Source: an uncultured Gammaproteobacteria bacterium
GTDB taxonomy: Bacteria; Patescibacteriota; Patescibacteriia; SG8-24
DNA length: 64,000 nucleotides
Reading direction: 5' to 3'
NCBI GenBank assembly: GCA_964486995.1
Contig: CAZAOV010000003.1
Span: 686 to 64,685, forward strand
Position numbers and translations under genes: made by a program. The stretch's first letter is position 1; every line of letters starts with the position of its first letter. Below, one piece after another: positions 37,652-46,275 of the stretch. The notes beneath the pieces were generated by a model, which was not told the DNA's origin, ran no database searches, and saw nothing but the letters and a program-made list of their open reading frames with translations.

Positions 37652-37972
37652 ATGTTTTGGAACCGAAGTAAAAAGGCCGATGCGCCTGCCGAGGAGGAAG
37701 AAGCAAGATCCACCCATTGGTACACCTATATGGTCCGGTGCGCGGACGGTTCGCTGTACACTGATGTCACGGACGATATTAGTGCGACTATGCTGACCAT
37801 CAATGCCGGTCACGGACCGGTTTATACTCGTACCCGTTATCCAGTTTTTTTGGTGCATCACGAAGAGTTCATGAACGAAGCTGACGCTGAGCGCCGCGCC
37901 GACCTCATCAGAAAAATGAACAAACGCCGTAAAGAAGTATTTATATCCGACATTATGGTCGGTTCGTTGTAG
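37652..37972 (+). CDS. GIY-YIG nuclease-domain protein (UPF0213/YhbQ-like)
   Basis: WYTYMVRCADGSLYTDVTDDISATMLTINAGHGPVYTRTRYPVFLVHHEEF matches the GIY-YIG core (Y..Y 'GIY', R, E). Confidence 0.75.
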   Translation: MFWNRSKKADAPAEEEEARSTHWYTYMVRCADGSLYTDVTDDISATMLTINAGHGPVYTRTRYPVFLVHHEEFMNEADAERRADLIRKMNKRRKEVFISDIMVGSL

Positions 37973-38060
37973 AGATTTGTGTTAGCGGGGGTATCCCTGC
38001 TATTTTTTATTTTCCGCATCTACCTTATACTTATAGCTAGTGTTGTTAAGGCTGCGTTAA

Positions 38061-38723
38061 ATGTTCAGAATCAGAAAACCAAAAGTTAATCGCATCGTGT
38101 TGATATTGGTTTACGCCGATATGATTTTTTATACCGCGGTCGGGTTGGTTTCTCCGATTGTGGCCATTTTCTATGCCGATCACATCCAAGGTGGAAACAT
38201 CGCCCTGGCTGGCTTGGCCACCGCAGTTTTTTGGGTTGTTAAATCGGGAGTGCAGATTCCGGTTTCTTTGTATGCCGACAACAAAAAGGGTGAGCGAGAT
38301 GATTTCGCCATGATGGTAGTAGGCTTCTTCATATCAGCCTTGGTGCCGTTTTTTTACTTCCTGTTCGTCACCGAGGTTTGGCAGGTGTATCTGATGGAAG
38401 TGATACGCGGTATTGGTTACGCTTTGGCGGTACCAACGTACTTAGCCATATTTACTCGACACATTGATCAGCAAAAAGAAAATTTCGAGTGGACGCTACA
38501 CAGCAATGCGGTTGGTCTGGGATACGCCGCCGCGGCTGCGGTCGGTGGAATATTGGCCGAGCGGTTTGGTTTTGGCGTGATGTTCCTGATTACATCCATA
38601 TTAATGTTCCTCGCCCCGGTGGCGCTTTTATTCATTAAAAAAGACATTGATCGTTCTGACGGCTTCGACGGCGTTAATCCGAGTATCGGAATGAAACGCG
38701 AGAAGCTTCCAAGACATTTATAA
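38061..38723 (+). CDS. Hypothetical 6-TM membrane protein (resembles half of an MFS transporter)
   Basis: Six hydrophobic segments. No upstream half in frame. Confidence 0.45.
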   Translation: MFRIRKPKVNRIVLILVYADMIFYTAVGLVSPIVAIFYADHIQGGNIALAGLATAVFWVVKSGVQIPVSLYADNKKGERDDFAMMVVGFFISALVPFFYFLFVTEVWQVYLMEVIRGIGYALAVPTYLAIFTRHIDQQKENFEWTLHSNAVGLGYAAAAAVGGILAERFGFGVMFLITSILMFLAPVALLFIKKDIDRSDGFDGVNPSIGMKREKLPRHL

Positions 38724-38731
38724 TTATCCAT

Positions 38732-39424
38732 ATGGGCGCACTCTGGCACGACTATCTTTATACACCCCTGTTAAATTTTTTGATTTTTTTGTATAACGGT
38801 CCGGCGTTCGGCAATCTCGGTGTGGCCATTATCGAGCTGACCATTTTATTGCGTCTGTTGCTGCTGCCGTTATCTATCCTGGATGAACGAAATCGGTATC
38901 GTTTTGAGAGGTTGGATCGGTATGTGCAAACCATCAAGCAGGACTTCAAGGATGACCAGATAAAGATGAAAGAGAAGGTGCGTGAGCTGTTACGGCAACA
39001 TAAGGTGAACTATTGGTCTAAGGTTGGTCTGCTCGGCATTCAGCTGTTGGTGCTGGTTTTGTTGTATCAGGTTTTTGTTGGCGGTATTGAATTCACCAAG
39101 CACGAAGAGCTGTTTTCTTGGGTGCAGATACCGGAAAAGATAAACACATTTTTCTTAGGTTTTGATATCGGTAAACGCAGCATGTTTTGGGCCGCAATAG
39201 TGGCAGCGTTATTGTTTACAAAGATATATACTGAGCAAAAGCAACGGGTGCATTTGGTGACTAAGTCCGACATCATGTACCTGTTCACATTTCCGTTGTT
39301 CACATTTGTAATTTTGGCCGTTCTGCCGATGGTCAAGGCACTTTTTATTCTGACCACGATGATATTCACCATGGTAGTGTTCGGTTTGCGAAAGGCGCTG
39401 TTCAAGGTAAAATTACCTGAGTAA
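38732..39424 (+). CDS. yidC: Membrane protein insertase YidC (short Oxa1-type)
   Basis: NFLIFLYNGPAFGNLGVAIIELTILLRLLLLPLSI..IKQDFKDDQIKMKEKVRELLRQHKVNYW matches the YidC signature (GN.G.AII..T..VRL...PL, ..Y.KD.Q......ELY...GVNP). Confidence 0.8.
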   Translation: MGALWHDYLYTPLLNFLIFLYNGPAFGNLGVAIIELTILLRLLLLPLSILDERNRYRFERLDRYVQTIKQDFKDDQIKMKEKVRELLRQHKVNYWSKVGLLGIQLLVLVLLYQVFVGGIEFTKHEELFSWVQIPEKINTFFLGFDIGKRSMFWAAIVAALLFTKIYTEQKQRVHLVTKSDIMYLFTFPLFTFVILAVLPMVKALFILTTMIFTMVVFGLRKALFKVKLPE

Positions 39425-39589
39425 AAAATTAGCTCTAATTAGCCAAGCATAAGTCAAATTTGCAACTAAAACTCTTGACAAATAGGCCGTCCTGTGGCTA
39501 AGCTGATTTATCACGTTAATGCATAAATCAGGGGGATTGTATAATGTGTCGGCGACAGGCTACGCATAGCTAGTTCCCGATTGTAATAT

Positions 39590-40219
39590 ATGTCCGAAAG
39601 TTTGGATAAAATGATGTATTCGTTTGTCGTTGAGGATGTCCTCAAGGGCTTGTTTGTGTACGTGCCGCCGGGCTATGTGGCTTGCGTGTACGATTTAGGT
39701 AGGGGGGTGTTGAAAAAGGTTTATACACCAGGATTGCATTTGAAGATTCCGTTTTGGCAGAAGGCCAAGCTGTTTAACACGCAGACTCTGGAGTACTCGG
39801 TTACCAAATCATTCAACGCCGATAATCTGCAGTCCATGGGTGACGTGCCGATTGTGGCGCAGACTCGCGACGGAAAGCGAATTTCTGTGGAGGGTACGGT
39901 GCTGCTGCGTTTGGACATCAATCAGATTCCGATGATTTGGCAGACCATTGGTGAGGATTTTGTCTCAAAGATTGTGCGGCCTACCATTCGGTCGCGCATG
40001 CGCATGATAGCGTCGCGCTACGATCATAACGATGTCGCTTCCATGCGGCGTGACTCGGTAGAGGTCGAGGCTAAGAATGAACTGGAGCGAATCTTCTACC
40101 CGCGCGGCATTTTTGTGGAGAACGTACTATTGTCAGAAATCAATCATGTGAGCGGTGAAAACGAGAAGAAGGAGGAAGATGATGTGCCGCAGACCACTCG
40201 CGAGATGCATTTCGCGTAA
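39590..40219 (+). CDS. SPFH/band-7 domain protein (soluble, prohibitin-like)
   Basis: VYTPGLHLKIPFWQKAKLFNTQT and IVAQTRDGKRISVEGTVLLRL match the SPFH core. Terminator at 40234-40264. Confidence 0.65.
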   Translation: MSESLDKMMYSFVVEDVLKGLFVYVPPGYVACVYDLGRGVLKKVYTPGLHLKIPFWQKAKLFNTQTLEYSVTKSFNADNLQSMGDVPIVAQTRDGKRISVEGTVLLRLDINQIPMIWQTIGEDFVSKIVRPTIRSRMRMIASRYDHNDVASMRRDSVEVEAKNELERIFYPRGIFVENVLLSEINHVSGENEKKEEDDVPQTTREMHFA

Positions 40220-40291
40220 TGAGCTAGAGATTAAAAAACAGCCTCCGCGAGGAGGTTGTTTTGATAGAATGTTTTTTGCCCTACATGGTTA

Positions 40292-40371
40292 TCATTCCCG
40301 CGAAGGCGGGAATCCATGATTCATCAGCTAGAGCGTTTCCGCACCGTGGATTCCCGCCTTCGCGGGAATGA
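40292..40371. promoter_or_regulatory. Pair of 25-bp palindromic sites in inverted orientation (TCATTCCCGCGAAGGCGGGAATCCA ...30 nt... TGGATTCCCGCCTTCGCGGGAATGA) upstream of the TolB-like gene
   Basis: Exact reverse-complement copies were read from the sequence. Each is itself a hairpin (attcccgc/gcgggaat). Confidence 0.55.
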
Positions 40372-40394
40372 CAGTGTCATCGAGTCATTTTTTT

Positions 40395-41342
40395 ATGAAA
40401 CCACGCACAAAAATTATTGTTTTAATTATCGTCGCGGTTATGGTGATTTGGCTTTCGATTGCTTCAAATCAGGAGGCGTATGTCCCACCGGCGCGCGAAA
40501 GCAAAATTCCAGACGACATCGAAAAGATGACACCGGAGCTGGATCCGCTTCCGCCGATTTTACATTCGGATGAATTCGAGACGCCGGTACCGCTTGCGGT
40601 AATTAATACCGCCGGCGGGGAAGATTCAGCGTTCATCCCAGAAAGCGGCGATGAGTTGTATTTCTTTTTTACACCCGACGTGCGCGTACCGGTCGAACGG
40701 CAGGTTACCGATGAGGTCACCGGAATCTATGTCTCCAGGGACATCGACGGTGCCTGGCAGGAGCCAACCCGAGTCATGCTGCAAAAACCAGGTAAGCCTT
40801 CGCTCGACGGTTGCCAGTTCGTGCAGGGTGACTACATGTTGTTTTGCTCTGTGCGCGAGGGCTATGCCGGAATACATTGGTTTTCCGCCGAGCGTAAGAA
40901 TAATCGGTGGGTGAACTGGCGGCTGGAAGATTTCGATCCAGAATACGACGTCGGCGAACTTCATATCCACGGTGACGAGCTTTATTACCACTCGCACTAT
41001 CCCGGCAACCAAGCTGACTATAATATATGGAAGATGAAGCGCGTTGACGGTGAGTGGCAGAATTCGGTGCTAGTCACAGCAGTGAGTTCTAATGTAAATG
41101 ACGGTTGGCCGTACATCACTCCAGACGGCAGCGAACTCTGGTTCACTCGCTGGCATTCCGGCTCGCCGGCGATATTTCGCTCCAAACGCGTGCAAGACCA
41201 GTGGCAAGAATCTGAACTAATAGTCTCCCAATTCGCCGGCGAACCAACTCTCGATCGCGACGGCAATCTATATTTCACGCATCATTACTACGAGAATGGC
41301 GAGATGCTCGATGCTGATATCTACGTCGCCTACAAAAAATAG
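40395..41342 (+). CDS. Membrane-anchored WD40-like beta-propeller (PD40/TolB-like) repeat protein
   Basis: PD40-type repeats: GGEDSAFIPESGDELYFF, DGWPYITPDGSELWFT, AGEPTLDRDGNLYFT. The TM helix follows MKPRTK (track ORF starts at 40368). Confidence 0.6.
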   Translation: MKPRTKIIVLIIVAVMVIWLSIASNQEAYVPPARESKIPDDIEKMTPELDPLPPILHSDEFETPVPLAVINTAGGEDSAFIPESGDELYFFFTPDVRVPVERQVTDEVTGIYVSRDIDGAWQEPTRVMLQKPGKPSLDGCQFVQGDYMLFCSVREGYAGIHWFSAERKNNRWVNWRLEDFDPEYDVGELHIHGDELYYHSHYPGNQADYNIWKMKRVDGEWQNSVLVTAVSSNVNDGWPYITPDGSELWFTRWHSGSPAIFRSKRVQDQWQESELIVSQFAGEPTLDRDGNLYFTHHYYENGEMLDADIYVAYKK

Positions 41343-41376
41343 TCGGGCAAGACGATTTAGCGCAAGGTATTTTTAA

Positions 41377-42189
41377 GTGTTATTATTGAGTGGTATGCGG
41401 CTAAAGTTATACAACACACAATTCAAGTTGGCGTGGCAGGACGCGCTGGAGTATCGGCTGAACACGCTGGTTTTTTTTGGGATTGCCGCGCTTGGGGTAA
41501 TCTCGATGTATTTTTTGTGGGGTGAGGTGTTTTCAGACCGTGTAAAAATTCTTGGCTATACTCGCAACGAAATAATCACTTACTACATCATGGTGACCTA
41601 TGTGATAAATACGTCCTTTGCCGGAAATCCGATCGGTAATCACATTCGTACGGGGCAATTGTCTTCGGTCTTGGCTGAACCGGTTAATTACCTGTGGTTG
41701 ACATATTTGGAAGGTTTGGGCAATCGTCTTTTTAGACTGCTGGTCGGGTTACCGGTGGTGGTCGCACTGTTTATCGTATTAAGTGATAGCGTTTTTATTC
41801 CGACCGATCCGCGTGGATATATCGCATTGATTGCGGCTGCCTTTAGCGCTCTCAACATTCTATTCTTGATAGACAGCATTGTTTTGTCGATCGAGTTTTG
41901 GGTGCTGAACGCCGGTAACGTGTTTTGGGTAATCGAAATTATAGTTTACCTGTTCTCAGGGTTTATGATTCCACTGGTGTTTTTACCGGATTGGCTGCAG
42001 ACTGTGGCGGCACTGCTGCCGTTTAAATATGTTGCCAGTTTTCCCGTGGATGCGTTTATGGGTCGTTTACCTTGGAATGAGGTGCTGGCTGGATTGGCAA
42101 TTCAGGTGGTTTGGACTCTGGTGCTGATTGTGATTTTGACTTTGATTTGGCGGCGCGGTATTAAGCGTTTTGAATCTTTCAGCGGTTAA
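41377..42189 (+). CDS. ABC-2 family transporter permease
   Basis: Six TM segments, ABC-2 type. First gene of a three-gene transporter operon. Confidence 0.6.
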   Translation: MLLLSGMRLKLYNTQFKLAWQDALEYRLNTLVFFGIAALGVISMYFLWGEVFSDRVKILGYTRNEIITYYIMVTYVINTSFAGNPIGNHIRTGQLSSVLAEPVNYLWLTYLEGLGNRLFRLLVGLPVVVALFIVLSDSVFIPTDPRGYIALIAAAFSALNILFLIDSIVLSIEFWVLNAGNVFWVIEIIVYLFSGFMIPLVFLPDWLQTVAALLPFKYVASFPVDAFMGRLPWNEVLAGLAIQVVWTLVLIVILTLIWRRGIKRFESFSG

Positions 42190-42982
42190 TATGATAGCGG
42201 GATTAAAACATCACAGCATGGTACTGCTACAGACCGTTCGACTACAACTGATGAGTCTGATGGAGGACCGGATATTCTTTGTTGCGTTTACTGTCGGCTC
42301 AATTGCCGGCATTCTGCTGAATGTTGTTTTGTTTCAGGCGATTTGGGGGCAGGTTAATACTTTGGCCGGATGGACATTGCCCGAAGCGTACGTGCTCTTG
42401 GGTACTTGGCAGTTGGTCGAGAACATTTCATGGATGACCTTTTTGCGCGGCTTGAATCGGGTATCATATTGGGTGCGCAACGGAGAGTTTGATAGGTTTC
42501 TAGTGATACCTCTTAAAACTAAGACATATATCTCCTATAGATTTGCAAATGTTACTATGTCGTTGCCCGCCTTGGTAACATCTTGTTTGCTGATTGCTTA
42601 CGGCATAATTCAAGCCGAGATGTCATTGAATCCGCTTGGCTTTGCGGCCTTGTTATTATGTGGACTAGCCATGAATTTTGCGATCCGCACCATTGTTGCG
42701 GCAGTCAGCATCACTAACCCAGTTGAATCGCCGTTTTATCTGACGTCCGAGTTGATGCATCTCGGTAAATATCCGCTGCAAATTTATCGTGGTTTGACCA
42801 AGCACATCCTGACATTTCTGGTTCCGGTTGGAATTATGGTCACCGTTCCGGTCAGAACTCTTTTTGGAACCGCTACCATGACAGAAATAATAACCGCAGT
42901 AATCGTAGCCGCTACTTTTTATCTATTTTCCGATTGGCTGTTCACTCATCAGCTTCGTCGATATGAAAGCTCGCACGGGTAA
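42170..42982 (+). CDS. ABC-2 family transporter permease (second subunit)
   Basis: Overlaps the upstream gene by 20 nt. Six TM segments. Confidence 0.6.
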   Translation: MNLSAVNMIAGLKHHSMVLLQTVRLQLMSLMEDRIFFVAFTVGSIAGILLNVVLFQAIWGQVNTLAGWTLPEAYVLLGTWQLVENISWMTFLRGLNRVSYWVRNGEFDRFLVIPLKTKTYISYRFANVTMSLPALVTSCLLIAYGIIQAEMSLNPLGFAALLLCGLAMNFAIRTIVAAVSITNPVESPFYLTSELMHLGKYPLQIYRGLTKHILTFLVPVGIMVTVPVRTLFGTATMTEIITAVIVAATFYLFSDWLFTHQLRRYESSHG

Positions 42983-42987
42983 ACCAT

Positions 42988-43986
42988 ATGCCTGAAAAAA
43001 GAACAATTATCAGCGTTAAGAATCTCGTGAAGGATTTTCGCTATCACGAGAAAGCCGAAGGCTTGCGCGGGTCTTTGGTCGCGTTGGTGAAACGCAAAAA
43101 GAAGAATAAGCATGCGGTGCGAAATATTTCGTTTAAGATTCGTCGCGGTGAGTTTGTCGGTTTTATCGGGCCCAACGGAGCGGGTAAGACTACCACGCTG
43201 AAGGTGCTGTCTGGAATATTGACCGCGACTTCCGGCGATGTTCGGGTATTGGGTTTTAATCCAGCTAAACGGGAAAACGATTTTCGTCGGCAGATTTCTA
43301 TCGTGCTCGGCACCAAAGAAAATCTATATCCTACTTTGCCGCCAACCGAATCATTCGAACTGCATCGGTTGATATATGGTGTATCCAAAGATGATTACAA
43401 ACGTCGGCTTAAGCGTTTGGCCAAACTGCTGAACGTCGAAGAATATTTACATCGTCAAACTCGTAAACTTTCATTGGGACAGCGCATGAAGTGCGAGCTG
43501 ATTCAGTCTCTGCTCCATGACCCGAAGGTGTTGTTCTTGGATGAACCGACTATCGGTTTGGACGTATTGTCGCAGCGCCGTATTCGAAAATTCTTAACCG
43601 AATACAACCAGCGAAAAGGGACGACCATAATTTTGACTTCGCACAATATGGACGACGTAGAGGACTTGTGCGCGCGGTTGATTATCATTAACGAAGGTGA
43701 GATTGGTTATGATGGATCGCTTGATAAAATCATTCACGATTACAGTAAGGTGAGGTACATTAGTGCGCGTTTTGGGCATGCGGTTCTGCGCGAAAAGTTA
43801 GAGACACTAGGAGATGTGGTCGAGTATTCACCGCTCGAAGTGCAACTGTGTGTACCGACTGCGGACATCCCAAAAAGAATTAATGAATTGACCACACGGT
43901 TTGATGTGAAAGATATTGGACTCCAAGACGTGCATCTGGAAGAAATTGTCAGCGATATTTTCGTCAAAGCCGAACATAATGAATAA
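42988..43986 (+). CDS. ABC transporter ATP-binding protein
   Basis: Walker A GPNGAGKTT, signature LSLGQRMK, Walker B LFLDEPTIGLD, H-loop TSHNMDD. Confidence 0.85.
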   Translation: MPEKRTIISVKNLVKDFRYHEKAEGLRGSLVALVKRKKKNKHAVRNISFKIRRGEFVGFIGPNGAGKTTTLKVLSGILTATSGDVRVLGFNPAKRENDFRRQISIVLGTKENLYPTLPPTESFELHRLIYGVSKDDYKRRLKRLAKLLNVEEYLHRQTRKLSLGQRMKCELIQSLLHDPKVLFLDEPTIGLDVLSQRRIRKFLTEYNQRKGTTIILTSHNMDDVEDLCARLIIINEGEIGYDGSLDKIIHDYSKVRYISARFGHAVLREKLETLGDVVEYSPLEVQLCVPTADIPKRINELTTRFDVKDIGLQDVHLEEIVSDIFVKAEHNE

Positions 43987-44225
43987 TGACAGATCCAGAA
44001 CGCAATCGCGAAAACAAAGAATTACATTGGGAAAAACGCCGGCTGGCCGAACGCATCGAGAAAGACTTGCGAGAGCGGCTGAACGCCGGTAAGGAAACCA
44101 TGCCCGACATGGTGACCTGCCCCAACCAGTCATGTCGCTATCCGTTGCGGGTGAAATTTTTCGGGGACCGTGTCGAAGTCACCTGCCAGAACTGCGACTT
44201 CAGGCGAATCATCAAAAAGGATTAA
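43986..44225 (+). CDS. Small zinc-ribbon protein (CPNQSC...CQNC)
   Basis: 79 aa. ATG overlaps the ATPase stop. Two CxxC pairs. Bidirectional terminator gaccaccg-gcgggtggtc+TTTT at 44227-44256. Confidence 0.45.
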   Translation: MTDPERNRENKELHWEKRRLAERIEKDLRERLNAGKETMPDMVTCPNQSCRYPLRVKFFGDRVEVTCQNCDFRRIIKKD

Positions 44226-44266
44226 TAAAAAAGACCACCGGCGGGTGGTCGTTTTAATGTTGAAGT

Positions 44267-45061
44267 TCATTTTTCGTCAGGTTCGTGACTCCAGCCCCTC
44301 TCGGTCTCGCACATACCGGTTATGGTGGTCATGAAATCGATGGTCAGCTTCATGGCGTGATACATCGGTTCGTTGATGCATACCAGAGTGGCGCAGTCCT
44401 CGTCGTCGCTCGTCTCTTCGGTCGGCAGCATGCCGGCCAGGCAGACACCCACCGCCTTGAGGTTGGTAAACGTATCCTTGTCGAAACCGACTCGAATGTC
44501 CAGACGTTCCACTGGCTCGGTCGGCTCCTCGCAACTGCAGTTTGGTCGGCCACAACCGGTGCCTCCCTTGCTGATGCAGTTGGGTCCGCAGTCGTGACTC
44601 TCGGAGCATTCGTGGTCGTGTGACTCGTCGCAGTCGTCGGCCTGGTCGCAATTGCTGCAATCGCCATCGCATTGATGCTGTTGCGCCGAGTAGGAGAAGA
44701 CCCGCCAGCGCGCATCGATTACGATGTTTACATGGTCCGCGATGTTGTATCGAGTACGTACGGCGCGCTCGAATAGGAACAAGAGCGCATTGATGAGTAG
44801 TGCGTGCGGGCGCATGCGCGGTAGATGGTTGGCATTTGGGTCGTCCGGCTGCCGCGAGATTTCCACCGCCCGCTCACGCGCATCGACGAACAGCGCATAC
44901 AAGCGCTTGATCTCCGGTTCGGTAATCGTGCAGAGCTGCTGAAAATTTGGCTCGTCGTCGAGTTCTGGCGTCTTGGTCGGCGCTACCCCCGTGTCGGCAT
45001 CAAGGCGCAGATTCTGCGCCAGTCGATCAACGGTGGACTTGGTGAGCATCCACATGGACAT
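44267..45061 (-). CDS. Hypothetical Cys/His/Asp-rich protein, paralog C of a three-gene family
   Basis: IKRLYALFVDARERAV...IADHVNIVIDARWRVFSYS, then CDGDCSNCDQADDCDESHDHECSESHDCGPNC...C.C. Aligns with the two upstream genes. Confidence 0.5.
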   Translation of the reverse strand: MSMWMLTKSTVDRLAQNLRLDADTGVAPTKTPELDDEPNFQQLCTITEPEIKRLYALFVDARERAVEISRQPDDPNANHLPRMRPHALLINALLFLFERAVRTRYNIADHVNIVIDARWRVFSYSAQQHQCDGDCSNCDQADDCDESHDHECSESHDCGPNCISKGGTGCGRPNCSCEEPTEPVERLDIRVGFDKDTFTNLKAVGVCLAGMLPTEETSDDEDCATLVCINEPMYHAMKLTIDFMTTITGMCETERGWSHEPDEK

Positions 45062-45157
45062 TCAGCCTCCTTTCAATGAACAGTTTTTAGGTTACGCCCG
45101 CAATGAGGCAACGTCAATAATGACAAAATTACCCGAGTAAATCGGGTGATGTGCTGA

Positions 45158-45532
45158 CTATTTTGTCAGGTCGAGCGCAATCACTTGCCAGCCCTGAACA
45201 GTCCAGATATTTGAATCTTGGACATCGAGAAGTTTGGGCCGGCGTCGGCGGAGGCCGTAGTAGAACGTCGTGCGGATAGCATCGATGGCGAAACTGGCCT
45301 GCTTGATACGACGAACGTCTTCCTCGGGTGGTTGATACTCGCCCGTGCCGACGTCGCAGATGGAAAGGTGTTCGGCGATTTCCGTCCCGCCAAAGTGGTA
45401 GTAGCTATATAGCCGCTTGAGATCGTCGTCGTCGATGGCACCAATCAAGTGACACGTGGGTGATCCACCCGTTGATGCAGTTCTGGTTCTACGATTTTGG
45501 TGCTGGCGACATCTTTTTCGAGATATCGCCAT
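45158..45532 (-). CDS. Hypothetical protein, paralog B (LKRLYSYY...NIWTVQGWQVIALD)
   Basis: Shares the (I/L)KRLY..., RR.....A..I, and (I/V).(V/T)(V/I)...W(R/Q)V blocks with its neighbours. Confidence 0.4.
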   Translation of the reverse strand: MAISRKRCRQHQNRRTRTASTGGSPTCHLIGAIDDDDLKRLYSYYHFGGTEIAEHLSICDVGTGEYQPPEEDVRRIKQASFAIDAIRTTFYYGLRRRRPKLLDVQDSNIWTVQGWQVIALDLTK

Positions 45533-45546
45533 TATTTAAATATGTC

Positions 45547-46017
45547 TTACTCCTTTACTTCTTCGTCAGTGCCTGACGATTGCTCCGGCTTATTCTGTTT
45601 TCCCGCAGCCGGACAAGCCGCCGAGCAGCTGCCACACATCGAGGGCGGGGAAGTGGAATATACTCGCCAACCTTCCACCACCACGATTTCGCGTGAGTCC
45701 GTAATGTCATAAGTGAATCGCATGTCAGCATCGAGCAGAAGCTTGAACGACTGCATGATATTCATCCACCGACGCAAACCAATCGCGTCCGCATCTTCCG
45801 GATTTGTCGCTTGGCGACGCAGGCGATGCATCGTCAATGCCTGCTCGCGCGCTTGCTGTATCAACGAATACATCTGCTGGGCACCGTTCGCATCCAGCAC
45901 TCCATGAAACTGAATATCCGGAATCTTCTCATACTCATCCGGATCATCCGGAGCCAACACAATGTCCGAATCCAACCCATGCATCCCAGCCAACGCCTCA
46001 ACGATGTCCTTGCGCAT
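45547..46017 (-). CDS. Hypothetical protein, paralog A (QQMYSLIQQAREQAL...REIVVVEGWRVYSTS...CGSCSAAC)
   Basis: First gene of the minus-strand operon. Shares conserved blocks with paralogs B and C. Has a C-terminal CxxCxxxC. Confidence 0.45.
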   Translation of the reverse strand: MRKDIVEALAGMHGLDSDIVLAPDDPDEYEKIPDIQFHGVLDANGAQQMYSLIQQAREQALTMHRLRRQATNPEDADAIGLRRWMNIMQSFKLLLDADMRFTYDITDSREIVVVEGWRVYSTSPPSMCGSCSAACPAAGKQNKPEQSSGTDEEVKE

Positions 46018-46169
46018 ATCTCCTCCGTTTTAATGGACGGACTTACATTATATATAAGCGCATTTTGACGTCAAACATCAGGAGATAAAATAACCCGGCT
46101 ATTTTGGGGATTATATAGACAGGCCACCGCATGGGCTTGACGTTTTTATGAGGTGGCCTTATTATGCCA

Positions 46170-46196
46170 TTAGCAGTCCATGGGTTAGACTGCTAA
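46170..46196 (+). promoter_or_regulatory. CIRCE-like HrcA operator variant TTAGCAGTC-N9-GACTGCTAA
   Basis: The consensus CIRCE is TTAGCACTC-N9-GAGTGCTAA. Here the CA(C>G)TC and GA(G>C)TG positions change symmetrically. It lies 80 nt upstream of hrcA. Confidence 0.65.
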
Positions 46197-46207
46197 TCCA
46201 TTAATAT

Positions 46208-46270
46208 CCTGCCTGTCTGTACTTTCTTGAGTACAGACAGGCAGTACTTGAGAAAGTACAGACAGGCAAG
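46208..46270 (+). promoter_or_regulatory. Second N9 inverted repeat CCTGCCTGTCTGTAC-TTTCTTGAG-GTACAGACAGGCAG, followed by a third half-site (TACTTGAGAAA-GTACAGACAGGCAAG) abutting the hrcA start
   Basis: Read directly from the sequence. Same 9-nt-spacer geometry as CIRCE but with unrelated arms. The half-site GTACAGACAGGCA(A)G occurs twice in direct orientation. Confidence 0.55.
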
Positions 46271-46275
46271 AATGC

